Shown in pieces: positions 61,567-64,000 of a stretch of DNA of 64,000 nt; the first letter of the stretch is position 1; the number at the start of each line of letters is the position of its first letter. The DNA comes from an uncultured bacterium. GTDB taxonomy: Bacteria > Chloroflexota > UBA5177 > JANWHV01. The translations under genes and the position numbers were made by a program. The stretch spans positions 256,001 through 320,000 of the forward strand of contig CAVSOU010000007.1 in NCBI GenBank assembly GCA_963729625.1, written 5' to 3'. The notes below the pieces were generated by a model. That model had not been told where the DNA came from, did no database searches, and worked only from the letters and a program-made list of their open reading frames with translations.

Positions 61567-63096
61567 TCAGGCAATCAGGTCGGGTTCTCTGTTCAGGGGC
61601 GGCGTCACTGGAAGCACGAAGCCGAATGTACTGCCCCCGCTCTCACTGCTACGAACCCACATCTGCCCGCCGTGCTCTCGCACGATCGTGTGGCTGATGT
61701 ATAGCCCGACGCCAAGGCCAGAGAACCGATGCGCGCGCGCGCGACCTCGGTAGAATCGCTGGAACAACTGGCCTTGTTCATCGTATGGAATGCCGACGCC
61801 ACTGTCGGTCACGGTAACCGCGACCTCTGTGGTCGTGCTTTCGACGGTCACTGTCACCGGCCCCCCGTCAGGTGAGTACTTGACCGCGTTGTCGAGGAGG
61901 TTCGTGAGTACCTGTTCCAAACGCTCCGCATCGCCGAGAATCACGGTTGCGCAGCCACGATAGTCGAGGATGAAGCATCTTTCAGGATGCACGGCCCGCT
62001 GATAGTCAACAGCGTCGCGCACGAGGTCTCCAGTCTGCACGGGCGCCACGCGAAGGCTCATGCGACCGGCATGAATGCGAGAGACGTCAAGCAAATCGTT
62101 CACAAGATGTGACAACCTGTCAGCCTGGCGCACGATCTTCTCCGCGTTAGCGACGACTTCGGCTGGATTCATCCGGTCGGCGTTGGTCTGGGACAACTGT
62201 GCATAGCCCCGAATCGTGCTGATCGGCGACTTGAGCTCGTGGGTCGCCATTGAGACAAACTCGTCTTTCTGGCGTTCGCGATCTCGGAGCATCGTCACAT
62301 CCCGAAAGATGATCAGACCTCCGGCAACGACGTCCTGGCGTATCAACTTGGCCGCAGTGAACATGCAATGCACTTCGCACGTGTCCTCGCCCAACTGCAT
62401 GATCATCTCACCGGCGAGGGTATAGGGACCGCCAAGCGGCCAACCAGCTGGAATGGGCTCTGCAGACTGAGGCCGCCCCGCCACGAGATGGACGTTGAGT
62501 CCGCTCGCGAGGTCAGACCAGGGCCTGCCGGCATACAGATGTATGGCCGAACCGAGTAGCTTGGCCGCGCCAGGATTGATCTCCACGATTCGTCCGTTGA
62601 TGTCGAGCGTGAAGACAGCCTCGGGAAGCGAACGCAACATTTCCTGAAGCGAACAGAGACCGGCCTCCGCCATGGCAACCGCCGCGCGCGCTCGTACCGC
62701 AACGGTTTCCTGCGTGCGCAAGCGCGCGCGATCCCGCTCGCGTATCTGCAGTTGCTGTATGACCACGACTGCGGCAAGTCCCTGAGCCATGAGCGCCAGA
62801 ACTCGGTTGGCAAGGGCCGCCGTCGCATCCGTCGGCGGCGCGCCGAAACCGGCAATTGCCACCGTCGCCACCGACGTGACTACAAACACGAAATACGTCG
62901 CGCGGGGCGTGCCAAGCGCCAGCGTCAGCACGATCGGAACCACATAGAGTGCTGAGAAGACGATATCAGCCGGATGCCAGGCGTCACACGCAAACACCAG
63001 CGCGACAAGGACTGCTGGCGTGTAGGCGAGAACCGCAGTCCCAAGACTACCGCCTGCCGACGCAAGTACTTTCGTGCGCACCGCGTTCTGCTGCAT
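61567..63096 (-). CDS. Membrane PAS-domain sensor histidine kinase
   Basis: N-terminal TM helices, PAS (SLPEAVFTLDINGRI), ATHELKSP, NLLDNAVKYS, GLGVGLYI. Confidence 0.9.
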   Translation of the reverse strand: MQQNAVRTKVLASAGGSLGTAVLAYTPAVLVALVFACDAWHPADIVFSALYVVPIVLTLALGTPRATYFVFVVTSVATVAIAGFGAPPTDATAALANRVLALMAQGLAAVVVIQQLQIRERDRARLRTQETVAVRARAAVAMAEAGLCSLQEMLRSLPEAVFTLDINGRIVEINPGAAKLLGSAIHLYAGRPWSDLASGLNVHLVAGRPQSAEPIPAGWPLGGPYTLAGEMIMQLGEDTCEVHCMFTAAKLIRQDVVAGGLIIFRDVTMLRDRERQKDEFVSMATHELKSPISTIRGYAQLSQTNADRMNPAEVVANAEKIVRQADRLSHLVNDLLDVSRIHAGRMSLRVAPVQTGDLVRDAVDYQRAVHPERCFILDYRGCATVILGDAERLEQVLTNLLDNAVKYSPDGGPVTVTVESTTTEVAVTVTDSGVGIPYDEQGQLFQRFYRGRARAHRFSGLGVGLYISHTIVREHGGQMWVRSSESGGSTFGFVLPVTPPLNREPDLIA

Positions 63097-63181
63097 TTCC
63101 CTGTCTGCGTTCGGTTCCGGGCATAGGACTCGCGCGATCAGCGTACTTCGTCCGCTGACAATCAGATATAGGCATCTTTGG

Positions 63182-63682
63182 CTAGCTAAGCTCACCGCGA
63201 AGGTAGAGCAACGGAGGAACAGGCGTTGCAGAGGCCACGTAGAGGGCGTGGCCGATAAACAGCGTGTGGTCGCCTGCCGGATGTATGTCGACGATGCGAC
63301 AATCGATATACGCAAGTGCTCCATGCAAGAGCGGAGCCCCAGTGCGTGCTCGACGACAAGGGAAATGCAGGAATGCTCGTGCGTCATGCGGCGTGGAAGG
63401 GTCCGCGAAGTACTCCGCTACGTCCTTCTGCGTCGCCGAGAGCACGCTCAGAGCGAAGTTGTCACTGTTCTTCAGTGCCGCATCCATTCGCGAGCCTGCC
63501 TGAATGCTCAACGCAACGAGTGCCGGCTGAAGCGACACCGACATGACCGCGTTCGCGGTTACCCCATGCACTCCGCGTGGAGACGCGGTCGTTGCGACCG
63601 TCACGCCCGTAGCGAAGCACCCAAGAGCCAGCTTGAAATCCGCGACCGCGACGTCGGTATCGACGAATTCATCTGTATCCAT
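63182..63682 (-). CDS. Flavin reductase family protein
   Basis: FKLALGCFATGVTV, SVSLQPALV, AGDHTLFIG. Confidence 0.92.
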   Translation of the reverse strand: MDTDEFVDTDVAVADFKLALGCFATGVTVATTASPRGVHGVTANAVMSVSLQPALVALSIQAGSRMDAALKNSDNFALSVLSATQKDVAEYFADPSTPHDARAFLHFPCRRARTGAPLLHGALAYIDCRIVDIHPAGDHTLFIGHALYVASATPVPPLLYLRGELS

Positions 63683-63691
63683 CGACTCCGG

Positions 63692-64000
63692 TCAACCCGC
63701 CATCGTAGCCGGTGTGACCTTGCGAATGACGAACTCCTTTGTACGATCCAATCGTTCGACCTCGCGTCCCGCAAACAGGGTGTCATACCAGGCAATCAGC
63801 TCTCGCAGGCACGCGTCGAACACGTCGTCAGGAAGACGCCACGTCTGCGACCATAGCCGCCTCCGAATCGAATCAAGCTCCTCCGCCAGCGAGACTGTCG
63901 ACTGCCACGATACCGGCCTGAGCTCTTGAACAGAAAGGTTCGGCATAGTCGATTGTAGACCGTCGATAAGGCGTGCTACGGCCTGAGACGAGTTCGGCAC
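63692..64000 (-). CDS. Probable SAM-dependent methyltransferase, C-terminal part (truncated by window)
   Basis: Open to the window edge; RRLWSQTWRLPDDVF resembles class I methyltransferase C-termini; SAM motif not visible. Confidence 0.4.
   Translation of the reverse strand: MPNSSQAVARLIDGLQSTMPNLSVQELRPVSWQSTVSLAEELDSIRRRLWSQTWRLPDDVFDACLRELIAWYDTLFAGREVERLDRTKEFVIRKVTPATMAG

Overview
GC-rich bacterial chromosomal window, probably a monoderm Chloroflexota-like organism (inferred from gene content and protein style, not proven). Housekeeping blocks: end of tuf, rpmG-secE-nusG-rplKA-rplJL with L1 and L10 leaders, hisC, serS, tRNA-Thr(CGU), sucAB, gap-pgk-tpiA, tRNA-Arg(UCG) between two lepB paralogues, dnaA, proB, yggS-yggT-hisS-hisHAF(IE) and dgt. 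An accessory block at about 7.5-27.6 kb holds a secreted repeat protein, a GH94 phosphorylase, an MMPL transporter with an IsdG-like monooxygenase, and a phosphonate locus. In that locus a saccharopine-dehydrogenase-like gene and an ABC importer preceded by a five-unit 11-bp-period TTAACA (Pho-box-like) array converge on a GntR-phnW-phnA-phnY operon. Its PhnW carries an apparently catalytically dead PhnX-like HAD domain. Other notable items: an orphan CheB lacking its catalytic Ser; a dnaA with no visible oriC or dnaN, coupled to a membrane J-domain gene; two long candidate structured ncRNAs; a tandem pair of internally duplicated unknown proteins between dgt and a divergent Ham1; a probable AUA start codon; and an Ogr/Delta-like zinc finger. 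Two frameshifts lie in short homopolymers and are probably sequencing errors. I saw no CRISPR, rRNA, integrase or transposase.
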